Notes: generated by a model not told the origin, from the letters alone. Positions 36,621-46,284 are shown, counted from the stretch's first letter. The stretch: 64,000 nt of DNA from Acidimicrobiales bacterium (GCA_020629155.1 JAHDDW010000007.1:17525-81524), one strand, 5' to 3'. Program-made: numbers and translations.

Positions 36621-36971
36621 TTAGAAACAGTTTTCTATAAGCTCGACCTTGCCGGTGGGGTCGACAAGGGCGACATCAAAACGGCTTGTTTCGTAATATG
36701 TATCGCTTTGTGCCATCCAAGCAGCGGCGACTTTGCGAATCGTTTGTTGCTTACGCCAGTCAACAGCTTCAGCACCTGAACCAAATACATCAGAACTACG
36801 AGTTTTAACTTCAACAAAAGCGAGTTCGCTCTTGTTGTTAGCGACTATCAAATCGATCTCGCCTTCAGCGACGCGCCAATTGCGTTCTAGAACCTTCCAA
36901 CCTTTTTGTTCATAAAAGGTAGCGGCAGCAGATTCGCCAAGGTCGCCTAGGTCTTTATTCCAGCGACTCAA
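36621..36971 (-). CDS. yraN: YraN-family (UPF0102) endonuclease-like protein
   Basis: GESAAATFYEQKGWKVLERNWR...GEIDLIV...FVEVKTR. Confidence 0.85.
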   Translation of the reverse strand: MSRWNKDLGDLGESAAATFYEQKGWKVLERNWRVAEGEIDLIVANNKSELAFVEVKTRSSDVFGSGAEAVDWRKQQTIRKVAAAWMAQSDTYYETSRFDVALVDPTGKVELIENCF

Positions 36972-37254
36972 ATTGGCCTTCTGGAAGTTGCTCTATTGTT
37001 ATACCTTTAGCACTAGTAATAGTGACTTTATCGAGAAATCGAGAAGGACGATACTTATCCCAAACCCAAGCATCTTTCAATTCGTAGGTAAGAAATTTTT
37101 CTTTTGCATTTGAAACTCGTTCGACTTGGTTTGCAAGATAGTAACGACTATCTGTTTCAACGACGAACCGAAAAAGCTTTATAACGTCACGATATTCTCG
37201 CCATAAGCTGAGTTCATTCTCTGACTCATACTGCTCAAGATCTTCGCCACTCAT
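36955..37254 (-). CDS. DUF2469 protein (actinobacterial conserved)
   Basis: MSGEDLEQYESENELSLWREYRDVIKLFRFVVETDSRYYLANQVE is the typical DUF2469 sequence. Confidence 0.8.
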   Translation of the reverse strand: MSGEDLEQYESENELSLWREYRDVIKLFRFVVETDSRYYLANQVERVSNAKEKFLTYELKDAWVWDKYRPSRFLDKVTITSAKGITIEQLPEGQFESLE

Positions 37255-37273
37255 AAACCCACCACAACTAGAA

Positions 37274-37624
37274 TCAGTCGAAACGACGTTTTTCTTTTAC
37301 TTTTGCAGCTTTACCGATACGATCACGCAAGTAATAGAGTTTAGCTCGACGCACGTCGCCTTTAGTCCACACTTCGATTTTGTCAATGATCGGTGAATGC
37401 ACTGGGAAGATGCGCTCGACACCTACGCCGAAACTTAGCTTACGGACAGTAAACGTTTCGCTGACACTTCCACCCTGACGGGCGATAACAACGCCCTCAA
37501 AAATCTGAATACGTTCACGCTTACCCTCGATAACTTTTACGTGCACTTTCACCGTGTCGCCAGGGACGAACTCTGGGATATCGGTTCTAAGTTGATCTTG
37601 TTCTACGAGTTGCGTTAAATTCAT
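37274..37624 (-). CDS. rplS: 50S ribosomal protein L19
   Basis: [36 protein letters not shown]... Confidence 0.95.
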   Translation of the reverse strand: MNLTQLVEQDQLRTDIPEFVPGDTVKVHVKVIEGKRERIQIFEGVVIARQGGSVSETFTVRKLSFGVGVERIFPVHSPIIDKIEVWTKGDVRRAKLYYLRDRIGKAAKVKEKRRFD

Positions 37625-37696
37625 TAGATTTTCCTACCTGGCGATTCATGCTATCTATATAGCCAACCTCTTAATGCTACGAGATTTAAAGCCGAG

Positions 37697-38422
37697 TTAC
37701 ACCTCTAAATCGAACTCATCCAAAAGAATCTTCTCTTCGACTGTTAAACCGCCTCTATCTTCTATAAGATCTGGCCGCAAACAAAGCGTTCGATACAGCG
37801 ACTGCGCTGTACGCCATCGCCCAACTCGTTCATGGTTTCCGCTGAGTAAAACATCAGGCACTTGCTGTGACTCAAACGTTGCTGGCCTTGTGTACTGAGG
37901 GTATTCGAGCAATCCGTGACTAAAAGACTCATCTCGCGCAGATACCTTGTTACCTAAGACACCAGGGAGCAGCCTACCGACGGCTTCTAGAACTACAAGT
38001 GCTGCGGCTTCTCCCCCAGCAAGAACATAATCACCGACAGAGATTTCTCCGTCAACCAAATTGGTTCGCACGCGTTCATCGACGCCTTCATAACGGCCAC
38101 AGAGCAGCGAGAAACCTGACAGCCCAGCAAGTTCTTCGGCGTAGTTCTGGTCAAAACGCCGCCCTGTTGGAGATAGATACAGCAGCGGCTTTGGTGGCTC
38201 AACTGCTCTAACGGCAGCAACTATAGGTTCTGGCTTCAAGACCATGCCTGCGCCGCCGCCAAAAGGGGCATCATCCACAGTTTTATGTTTACCAATACCA
38301 TATTCACGAAAATTGTGAGCACGCACATCTAATAGAGACTTTTTTTGTGCTATCCCTAAGATACTTTCAGAGCAGTAACCAGTGATCAACTGAGGGAAAA
38401 GGGTAAATATATCTATTCTCAT
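37697..38422 (-). CDS. trmD: tRNA (guanine37-N1)-methyltransferase
   Basis: MRIDIFTLFPQL..., VDDAPFGGGAGMVLKPEP and LLCGRYEGVDERV. Confidence 0.95.
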   Translation of the reverse strand: MRIDIFTLFPQLITGYCSESILGIAQKKSLLDVRAHNFREYGIGKHKTVDDAPFGGGAGMVLKPEPIVAAVRAVEPPKPLLYLSPTGRRFDQNYAEELAGLSGFSLLCGRYEGVDERVRTNLVDGEISVGDYVLAGGEAAALVVLEAVGRLLPGVLGNKVSARDESFSHGLLEYPQYTRPATFESQQVPDVLLSGNHERVGRWRTAQSLYRTLCLRPDLIEDRGGLTVEEKILLDEFDLEV

Positions 38423-38892
38423 AGAAGCCCTTCAGGAACTTCAACAAACACTGATGTTTTGTCATGTTTGACATAAAATGTTAAAGGAACCAACACGCCC
38501 TCTTTAAGCTCCAGAAGATCAGACGCTGGGTTAGAAAGGACTGATTCGACACGACCATGCTGGTTTTTATATTGATCGACGACTTGTTTCCCAATAAGCT
38601 CATGGACGAAGAGAACGGTATCATCCTCTATCGCTTCGGCATGGAGAACCAGCCCCCTATATTTCTGAGCTTGCTCTAGGGACTCTACCTCGTTAAAAGA
38701 AACTCGCCATTTATCTTTATGTTTCGCAATTTTTCTTATAGAAACACCACCGAGCGATGTTTGATAGAGCGACCCTGCGACTGTTCTTTTGGGATGATCG
38801 CTAAAAAAATCAACAATGAGGTCACCTTTCAAACCGTGCGGTTTTGTGATGCGACCTATCTCTAGCATCGTTGTTTTATTCGACGAACTCAA
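38419..38892 (-). CDS. rimM: 16S rRNA processing protein RimM
   Basis: LEIGRITKPHGLKGDL motif. The start may be the internal ATG at 38868. Confidence 0.88.
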   Translation of the reverse strand: MSSSNKTTMLEIGRITKPHGLKGDLIVDFFSDHPKRTVAGSLYQTSLGGVSIRKIAKHKDKWRVSFNEVESLEQAQKYRGLVLHAEAIEDDTVLFVHELIGKQVVDQYKNQHGRVESVLSNPASDLLELKEGVLVPLTFYVKHDKTSVFVEVPEGLL

Positions 38893-39115
38893 CCTGGGCA
38901 GTCACACCGTCTTTGGCAGCGGCAGCATTTACGATGGTGCGAATTGCGTTAGCGACACGACCGCGACGACCAATCACACGACCCATATCTCCGTCACCAA
39001 CGGTAACGTTGAGTTGCATTTTTTCGTCTTCTGTTTCCGTTTGTATTGCAACCGCTTCAGGGTTTTCAACAACAGACTGGCAGAGATGAAGCAAAACTGA
39101 TTCAGCCGTGCTCAC
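38876..39115 (-). CDS. KH-domain RNA-binding protein (UPF0109/YlqC-like)
   Basis: [22 protein letters not shown] motif, in the conserved position between rpsP and rimM. Confidence 0.88.
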   Translation of the reverse strand: MSTAESVLLHLCQSVVENPEAVAIQTETEDEKMQLNVTVGDGDMGRVIGRRGRVANAIRTIVNAAAAKDGVTAQVEFVE

Positions 39116-39465
39116 GCTTCCACCTTCTCAGAAGTTTCTACTGCAACAGCAGCAGCCGCTTCTTCTTTGGCTTTAGCAGCGGCAGCTTCCAAAGCAGCGA
39201 CGGTTGTGCCGTCTTCGAATGCAGACCAAGCACCAGAAATTTCTAGCAGTTTTTTCACACGATCAGAAGGTTGCGCACCTTCACGAAGCCATTTCACAGC
39301 TTTTGCGTTATCAACATTAATCAACGAAGGTTCGCTGCGAGGGTTGTATGTTCCAACGATTTCAATGAAACGACCATCACGAGGAGATCGCTTATCAGCA
39401 GCGACTACGCGGTATACAGGTTGTTTTTTCTTACCCATTCTCATGAGACGAAGGCGAACGGCCAC
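39112..39465 (-). CDS. rpsP: 30S ribosomal protein S16 (with Ala-rich C-terminal tail)
   Basis: [35 protein letters not shown]... Confidence 0.95.
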   Translation of the reverse strand: MAVRLRLMRMGKKKQPVYRVVAADKRSPRDGRFIEIVGTYNPRSEPSLINVDNAKAVKWLREGAQPSDRVKKLLEISGAWSAFEDGTTVAALEAAAAKAKEEAAAAVAVETSEKVEA

Positions 39466-39645
39466 AATAATTCTCTCTTTTTTCTAAAGTAATAATAAAC
39501 TTGCACGCTTTAAGCTTTTGCTATGCCACGCAAAGCACCAAACCAAGACGACTATTCAGACTACAGCAATCAACGCTGGGGTCCACCCTTTAGCGCAAAA
39601 TCATCTGGGCGATGCAATGTTTCGATTGCGAGCCAACAAGAAAGG

Positions 39646-40059
39646 CTACACCCACAACCGAGTAAAGGATTCCCCATTCGAAAGCCTATAGACTGAGAAG
39701 TCGCGCACGTCAACCGTTAAGATCTGCGCAATATTCATTACATCAGCCATAGCGACTAACGCTGCATCTGTGAAATCTGGTTGTAGGTCTTCATACTTTT
39801 GAATAACATTTCTTATCGCCAACAAATCACGACTTGCGATATCACAAATCGTTACAGCTCCACGCTCCACCCACTCAAGCAATGCACTTTTACCTGCAAC
39901 ATCAAGAAAGAAACAGGCTTCGGTCAACACAGGAACTATTGAATAGAGCTCGATATCTGAGTTTTGCTGCAAAAATGTTGTTGCCGCTTTATGTTTCGGG
40001 TCTCTAGAAACGAAAAGCGATACGAGAAAACCTGTGTCAACCCATGTCGTGTTTGTCAC
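39646..40059 (-). CDS. PIN-domain toxin
   Basis: 137 aa with N-terminal WVDTGFLVSLF (Asp) and later acidic residues. Overlaps the upstream RHH gene. Confidence 0.78.
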   Translation of the reverse strand: MTNTTWVDTGFLVSLFVSRDPKHKAATTFLQQNSDIELYSIVPVLTEACFFLDVAGKSALLEWVERGAVTICDIASRDLLAIRNVIQKYEDLQPDFTDAALVAMADVMNIAQILTVDVRDFSVYRLSNGESFTRLWV

Positions 40060-40288
40060 GAAGCTTCTCCCAGATTTTTCTTTTTAGCGGTTCTGCTGGA
40101 GGTTCTGCGAAATCACCAACACCAAACAAACTCTCGCCTAATTGGTAGCTAGAACGCTGTTTTTTTGATCTACGAAAATATTCTTTTAAAGCAGCGCGAA
40201 CTACTTCACTTTTAGTAGATCCTGAATGAGACAAGTGCTCTTCAAGTTCTTTTTCCTCTTCGGAAGACAATCTGACTGAGAATACCAC
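40037..40288 (-). CDS. Ribbon-helix-helix (CopG-like) antitoxin
   Basis: VVFSVRLSSEEEKELEEHLSHSGSTKSEVVRAALKEYF. GTG at 40288 is preceded by AGAGGTGG; the track ORF extends to 40378. Confidence 0.75.
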   Translation of the reverse strand: MVFSVRLSSEEEKELEEHLSHSGSTKSEVVRAALKEYFRRSKKQRSSYQLGESLFGVGDFAEPPAEPLKRKIWEKLRDKHDMG

Positions 40289-40393
40289 AGAACCACCTCT
40301 TGTAATACTGTAATACGAATAGATACAGGAGTCAACGTACCGAACTTCGCAGACTACTACAAGCTTTACACGACGCATACTTACGCAATGGCC

Positions 40394-40573
40394 TCACTTA
40401 GCAAGACAACCCACATCATCTGGGCTACGGGCGGGAAACTTGCGCCAGAAAAACTTTTCCAAGAATATCTGATTCCATAAGTTACTAGCCAATGAACTCC
40501 ATATCAGATGTATTTCTTCTTGGATTTTTCTAAGAATAAACGAGCTATCGATATGTTCCAAACGTTGACTCAT
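40394..40573 (-). CDS. 59-aa ORF between murF and the RHH-PIN cassette (doubtful)
   Basis: My translation: MSQRLEHIDSSFILRKIQEEIHLIWSSLASNLWNQIFLEKFFWRKFPARSPDDVGCLAK. One codon under the track cut-off. Its 3' end runs into the right direct repeat of the cassette. Confidence 0.25.
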   Translation of the reverse strand: MSQRLEHIDSSFILRKIQEEIHLIWSSLASNLWNQIFLEKFFWRKFPARSPDDVGCLAK

Positions 40574-40594
40574 CTTGATCTTTTCATAAGCAGA

Positions 40595-41911
40595 TTACTT
40601 TAGCAGTTCATGAGCTAGTTCATCAAGCCTAAGTGAGTTGCTTCCTTTAACAAGAATCGCAGCATCGTCGCTAAGTTCTTCAAGCACAGCAAGCGCAGAG
40701 GCTTTATCTTTGACATGCTCAGCAGCATCGCCGTATGCTGGGCAGTTAACAGCGATGACACGCACGCCTGTATCAGCAGCTTCTTCAGCAATCGAGCTGT
40801 GCTCTTGAGGACCTTCATCTCCAAGTTCAGCCATCAGTCCCAGCACAGCAACTTTCGTTGAGGCATCACTCGCTTGCAAGCTTTTTAAAGCAGCCCGTAC
40901 AGAAACTGGGTTAGCGTTATAGGCGTCATTTATAATTAGCTGACCTTTTGCATTGTTTCGCACATCCATGCGCGCTTTCGAGGGCACTGCCCGCGCTATG
41001 CCTGCAATAGCTTTCTGCAAGTCAACTCCTACTGCTATGGAAGCACCAAGCGCTGCCAGCGCGTTCGGCACCATATGTTCACCCTTGAACGACAATGGCA
41101 CTTCATAGGATTCACCGTTATAGAAGAGTGTGAACCGAACAGACAAGTCACCATCGACTACGATGTTTCCGGCTCGCAAATCGCCTCTACCTATACCATA
41201 GGTCAGCACAGATGCCTGCGTTCGTTTTTCCATAGCTATAACATGCGGATCGTCCGCATTTAGAACAACAGTTCCACTGGCGTCAATTGCCTCTGCCAAT
41301 TCACCTTTCCCCTGAGCGACCGCTTCGATCGAGCCGAACAGTTCTGTGTGCGCCGATGCAACCTTGGTGATCACTCCAACAGTTGGTTTCACATACTCGC
41401 ATAAGTGTTGAATATGCCCAACCCCACGTGCACCCATTTCAGAGACAAGCACTTTCGTGTCTTCTGGCGCTCGCAGTAGCGTTAGCGGAACACCAATTTC
41501 ATTGTTAAATGATCCTTCATTTGCATATGTCGCAATGTGAGACGAGCATGCGGCATAGATAAGATCTTTTGTTGTTGTTTTTCCAACACTTCCAGTGACG
41601 CCAATCAATTGCCCGTCGAAACGACTTCTTGCAAGCGCCCCTAGACTCTCTAGCGCTTGTGATGTGTCTTCAACCATAACGGCGCTTGCTTCAACATCTG
41701 ATTCTGGTTGTTTAGCGGTTAAATATAGCGCTGCACCTTTCTCAACTGCCTTGACAATAAATTCATGACCATCTCGTTCGGCAACAATCGGCACAAATAG
41801 TTCACCTGGAGCTGTCGATCGGCTATCTATAGAGACACCTTCAATAGTCGCATCTGGACCTATCAGTTCACTTTGTAAATATTCGGCTATTTCAAATGCA
41901 GTAAGTTTCAC
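40595..41911 (-). CDS. murF: UDP-N-acetylmuramoyl-tripeptide--D-alanyl-D-alanine ligase
   Basis: Mur ligase layout with the P-loop GVTGSVGKTTTKD and a MurF-like N-terminus (VSIDSRSTAPGELFVPI). Confidence 0.88.
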   Translation of the reverse strand: MKLTAFEIAEYLQSELIGPDATIEGVSIDSRSTAPGELFVPIVAERDGHEFIVKAVEKGAALYLTAKQPESDVEASAVMVEDTSQALESLGALARSRFDGQLIGVTGSVGKTTTKDLIYAACSSHIATYANEGSFNNEIGVPLTLLRAPEDTKVLVSEMGARGVGHIQHLCEYVKPTVGVITKVASAHTELFGSIEAVAQGKGELAEAIDASGTVVLNADDPHVIAMEKRTQASVLTYGIGRGDLRAGNIVVDGDLSVRFTLFYNGESYEVPLSFKGEHMVPNALAALGASIAVGVDLQKAIAGIARAVPSKARMDVRNNAKGQLIINDAYNANPVSVRAALKSLQASDASTKVAVLGLMAELGDEGPQEHSSIAEEAADTGVRVIAVNCPAYGDAAEHVKDKASALAVLEELSDDAAILVKGSNSLRLDELAHELLK

Positions 41912-41990
41912 GTTATAGATCCTATACCTTCAAGCAGGGCTCACATGTTCAATTGTGACCTCTTCCAACTTATTGCCTACCCTTTAACAG

Positions 41991-42385
41991 ATGAACGAAC
42001 CAGTGATTACAAAAGAATTAGGAAAAATTTGCGGACGAGATGCTATCCATCTAGATCAAATAAAATTTGAAGCAACTCATTCAGTTAAGCTTGACGGAGT
42101 CTTCAACGGAGCCTTATGTGAAAATATAATTTCCCAAGACTGGGTGCCATACGAATTACAATTTCATGGGATACTTGAATTCAAGATGACTGAACTGGGT
42201 TTTTCTCATCTCCAGAGCCCTCAGCGAGTTTCCTAAGAATACTTGACTCAAGCAAACTGGCTGAATTCAGAAAACAGGATCATTCATCAAAGATCAGAGA
42301 CACACATCAACATTTCATAGTTGCGACCTATGACGATATAATTGAAGTAATTGCTGATGGGTTCGACTTGTCGTTAGATGAGTAG
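41991..42385 (+). pseudogene. Small AT-rich ORF split by a -1 frame change at a GGGTTTT(T) run
   Basis: Frame A (41991-42236) ends ...EFKMTELGFSHLQSPQRVS-stop. The -1 frame is open from 42194 to the TAG at 42383-42385 and reads ...RILDSSKLAEFRKQDHSSKIRDTHQHFIVATYDDIIEVIADGFDLSLDE. Confidence 0.45.
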
Positions 42386-42399
42386 TCGATTCTTCTGTC

Positions 42400-43473
42400 A
42401 TGACATACCATGGAGCAATGGCTTCAGATTCTCAGAAAACAAAACTAATCCTTCTTTTTGGCGGTAAATCAGCTGAACATACGATCAGTTGTATAACCGC
42501 TACTCACATCTTCGCAAACACGAATAAAGACGTATACGATATTGAATTAATTGCAATAACTAAAGACAATGCATTCGTCAGGCCTGACCCTTCACAATCT
42601 CCTCTTGCCGCAGAAGGCGAACCAATAGATTTTGTCGCCTCACTCAACGTGAACCCTGACACTGTTGTTTTTCCGATTCTCCACGGCCCACTAGGCGAAG
42701 ATGGCACGATGCAGGGCCTGCTAGAAATATTTGATGTGGCATACACTGGCCCTGGGGTTCTAGCCTCAGCGCTTGCGATGGATAAAGCAATGTTTAAAAC
42801 CTTTCTTGACCATCATGGCATTCAGCAAGCAAAATGGAAGTCGTTTAGCGAAAGCGACTACGTTTCATCTTCAGATGAAATCATTGCAAGCTGCATAACA
42901 GACCTGAAGCTTCCTTGCTTTGTAAAACCTGCAAACATGGGCTCTTCTATAGGCGTAAGTAAAGCTAAATCAGAAGAAGAACTTCGCAAAGCGTTTGAAG
43001 CAGCCTTCGTATATGACGAAGTTGTTATCGTTGAAGAGACCATTGTTGGTCGAGAAATAGAACTTGCTGTACTTGGCAATCAAGAGCCTGAGGTTTCCAC
43101 ACCAGGCGAAATTCTTGCAGCCGCAGACTTTTATGACTACAAAGACAAATACTTCGACGGCAAGTCACAAAGTGTGATTCCAGCCACGCTTCCATCTGAG
43201 GCAGTTAAAGAAATGCAGACTATCGCTATCGATGCCTATAAAAAACTAGGTCTTGAGGGTCTTTCTAGAGCAGACTTTCTCTATGAAGAAAATGGTCGAG
43301 GCATATTTTTGAATGAGTTCAATACCATGCCAGGTTTCACGCCAATCTCTATGTACCCAAAGCTTTGGGAAAACGACGGTCTTTCGTATAGCGACCTTAT
43401 AGACAAGCTCATCGAGCTTGCACAAGAGCGATACTCTCGTCGATCTGTCAAACGAGTTACCGACGTCCTCTAA
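42400..43473 (+). CDS. ddl: D-alanine--D-alanine ligase
   Basis: LLFGGKSAEHTIS, PILHGPLGEDGTMQGLLE and the ATP-grasp motifs FVKPANMGSSIGVSK and LNEFNTMPGFT. Confidence 0.93.
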   Translation: MTYHGAMASDSQKTKLILLFGGKSAEHTISCITATHIFANTNKDVYDIELIAITKDNAFVRPDPSQSPLAAEGEPIDFVASLNVNPDTVVFPILHGPLGEDGTMQGLLEIFDVAYTGPGVLASALAMDKAMFKTFLDHHGIQQAKWKSFSESDYVSSSDEIIASCITDLKLPCFVKPANMGSSIGVSKAKSEEELRKAFEAAFVYDEVVIVEETIVGREIELAVLGNQEPEVSTPGEILAAADFYDYKDKYFDGKSQSVIPATLPSEAVKEMQTIAIDAYKKLGLEGLSRADFLYEENGRGIFLNEFNTMPGFTPISMYPKLWENDGLSYSDLIDKLIELAQERYSRRSVKRVTDVL

Positions 43474-43684
43474 AAAGTATTAGATGCTATCGACACATCA
43501 GCAGAGTTACAGGCCAAGGTTACAACGATGCTTTCTTGTCTTGGCATAGCGATAAAGCAACAATGAATATTGAGCTACATACTGACTCTGTTTCTCCGAT
43601 AGATGGGTTAGAGTGGTTCACTAACACCTTTGCGAACATACTTTCGTGAAAGTTACAATAAGGCTTGATATAGGGGTTCTGAGC

Positions 43685-45079
43685 ATGACAAACTTTTCAT
43701 CGTCACAACGTTCAGAGCATACGCTGCTGTCGACACAAGAGGAAGAAAACCTTATCGAGGCAACAGCCACGTTTGTTGCGCAAAAACTAGCCGACGAGAA
43801 AACCCGAAGAGAGATTTCTGGAGAACCTGCACAAAGTGCACAAACTGTTGATCATTCGAGAGCTGTCCTCATAGCAGAACAAATGCGTGTTATCCGCAGC
43901 GAGCTGTTAGCAGCTGGGAAAGTTCTTTCTTCTGCCCAGGCTACTAAAATTCGAGACAATGTCGAAAGCCAGTTAAATGGGTTGGGGATTCTACAAAGCT
44001 TGCTAGAGAACGATCAAACAACTGACGTGCTTGTCAACGGCTTTGACCAAGTGTTTATCAAACGAGTCGACGGCACTAAAAAGAAAATCGAAGGCACCAT
44101 GATCGGCTCTTCTGATGCTGACCTGATACGCCTTATCAACAGCGAAGCGCAAAAACATGGCAAAAAATGGAATGAAAGCGAACCCACTGTAGGTTTAGCG
44201 TTGAGATCAAAGACAGGTCGAATTGACAGGTTAAGTGGTGTAGCGTTTGTTACAACTCGCCCATCGGTGACTATCCGTCGACCTAACTACAGTATTATCT
44301 GCCTGCAAGATCTGGTTGAACTCAACGCACTCAACGAGTCAGTGGCTAACCTTTTGCGTGCGCTGGTGTTAGCGAAAAAAAACATTTTAGTTTCAGGCGG
44401 CACAGGCGCAGGTAAAACAGTGCTTCTGCGGTGTTTGATAAACGAAATTCCTCCTGATGAGCGTTTGATCAGCATAGAAGATCCTATCGAACTGGGGTTA
44501 CAGTATTTTATCGATTTACACCCAGATCAGATAGAAGGATTTACTCGGCGAGCGGACGCAGCTGGCAAAGGCGAGTATACGATTCGAACGTTTTTGAAAG
44601 AAGCAGGTCTTCGTCAAAGCCCTGATCGTGTCCTTGTCGGAGAAATACGTGGTGCTGAAGCAGTCGAAATGTATTCAGCGATGACACAAGGCAACGCAGG
44701 CTCAATGTGTACGATTCACGCCGATTCGTCTGAATTGGCATTACAGCGTCTGCAAATGTATTTATTGATGGCACCTGAGCATTACTCACCGTCTGCGGTG
44801 ACACGCATGGGAGCTCAAGCCGTTGACTATGTTGTCCATGTCGAACATCTCCCTGAAGGTCGAGTTGTGTCTCAGATACGGCAGGTGACGAAAGGAACAA
44901 GCGAAAATATTATTGAATCAGATCTTCTCTACAGCTACAAAAAGCAGTTCTTCAAACCACCTGCAGCAGTCGGAATGAACCCGTTAACGTTAGAAGATCT
45001 CGAAAAGGGTGAAGCGGCTGCCAACGATACTTTTCGACGCATCGAAGCCAGCGGTTTACGCAACAACCAGATGACATAA
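43685..45079 (+). CDS. CpaF/TadA/VirB11-family secretion ATPase (no partner genes nearby)
   Basis: Walker A SGGTGAGKTVLL, Asp box ERLISIEDPIEL, Walker B/Arg finger RVLVGEIRGAEA and His box GSMCTIHADS. The track ORF starts at GTG 43646. Confidence 0.82.
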   Translation: MTNFSSSQRSEHTLLSTQEEENLIEATATFVAQKLADEKTRREISGEPAQSAQTVDHSRAVLIAEQMRVIRSELLAAGKVLSSAQATKIRDNVESQLNGLGILQSLLENDQTTDVLVNGFDQVFIKRVDGTKKKIEGTMIGSSDADLIRLINSEAQKHGKKWNESEPTVGLALRSKTGRIDRLSGVAFVTTRPSVTIRRPNYSIICLQDLVELNALNESVANLLRALVLAKKNILVSGGTGAGKTVLLRCLINEIPPDERLISIEDPIELGLQYFIDLHPDQIEGFTRRADAAGKGEYTIRTFLKEAGLRQSPDRVLVGEIRGAEAVEMYSAMTQGNAGSMCTIHADSSELALQRLQMYLLMAPEHYSPSAVTRMGAQAVDYVVHVEHLPEGRVVSQIRQVTKGTSENIIESDLLYSYKKQFFKPPAAVGMNPLTLEDLEKGEAAANDTFRRIEASGLRNNQMT

Positions 45080-45356
45080 TGATTTTCTGCTGTTACGCTT
45101 TAAGCTCCTCTTAGGCATTAGACATTCAGCATCCCCTGTACCTTCACTTTTACTATAGAGACCGAGCGATAGTATGCCGAGATAATCACTACGGTCAACA
45201 ATACCTGCATGATGATTTGTAAAGACAGGTTGACATTTTGACGATTGCAGCCGATAATGGTAGTGCACCCTTAGGGATGAATAGGGGTGAAGTTCGAAGG
45301 TCTCGGAGTGCCATCGTCCATCGCAGATGGAGGGAGGAGCCGAGACTGACGCATTT

Positions 45357-45974
45357 TTATGGCTGTACAATACTTTCAATTATAGGTTTAGAAATCTTCT
45401 TTAAGTGAGAAAACCACGCAGTGTCATCGATTTTAGTATTGCGCTGATTAAACGACACTGAGCCTGCTATAGCGTCAGCTAGCCATCCAATCGGATCTGA
45501 TTTCCGATACCAATCATATGTAGCTTGCAAATGAATACCTTCTTGTCGACATTGCGTGATGGCTCTACTATCGGTTCTGTTCTGTCCATTATTTCTAAGC
45601 GAAGCCTCACGAGTTTCAAGTAATATATTTTGTATGTCATAGGATTGAGTTATCTGGAGAAGACGTACCAAACACTGAAAGCGCGCTTCTTCCTGATCTT
45701 TAGGTTTGCAAGTATTTATAACGGCTATTGGCGTTAACGCATGATGCGCTGCGAGATCAAGCATCTCAAGCCGACGTGTTCGACCTCTATCAGTCCAATG
45801 AAAAGGTTTTTTGCTAGGGTTTGCTTCCTGCGCCAGTTTTTTGATTTCTCCGAAGGTCGTTATTGAATGGTTAAACAAAAGCCCTCCGCCTACCACATAT
45901 TTCTGGGGTGAACCTTCTAACTCGACGACAGACTCGTCTAAAATTAGGGTATAGCTATTTGGTAGGTTATTCAT
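45357..45974 (-). CDS. DUF3800-like protein
   Basis: N-terminal YTLILDES, mid FHWTD and C-terminal WLADAIAG fit the DUF3800 pattern (DES...H...aD..a). AT-rich islet. Confidence 0.55.
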   Translation of the reverse strand: MNNLPNSYTLILDESVVELEGSPQKYVVGGGLLFNHSITTFGEIKKLAQEANPSKKPFHWTDRGRTRRLEMLDLAAHHALTPIAVINTCKPKDQEEARFQCLVRLLQITQSYDIQNILLETREASLRNNGQNRTDSRAITQCRQEGIHLQATYDWYRKSDPIGWLADAIAGSVSFNQRNTKIDDTAWFSHLKKISKPIIESIVQP

Positions 45975-46284
45975 TGCTTGCCGCCAGTGCTGCTGGTTTC
46001 CTCATTCTAGACAACCAAGTATAAGCTTCAAGACCTTTTAACAGTACCAACTCCAGAGCTTTTAGGAAGGCCTATTAATGTACATTTCCTCAGCATTCCC
46101 ACATCGCTCGGACCGCTCCACAGAGGTTTCAGCGGTTTCCTGGTTAAGTCGTTAGCAGAAAACCGATTAATAGACATACCCTTTGAGACATGAGTGAGAG
46201 CTTCTATAACCAAGAGCAGAAGAAAACCTATTTTTTAGAGATACCCTTAACTCCGAGCTTAAATAGTATTGAGGTGCCTTCACG

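Noticed and set aside
45056-45379. 107-aa minus-strand ORF overlapping the ends of the CpaF-like and DUF3800 genes
   Set aside because: It overlaps two better-supported genes, has odd His/Ser/Cys-rich composition, and has no ribosome-binding site. I treated the region as noncoding and structured.
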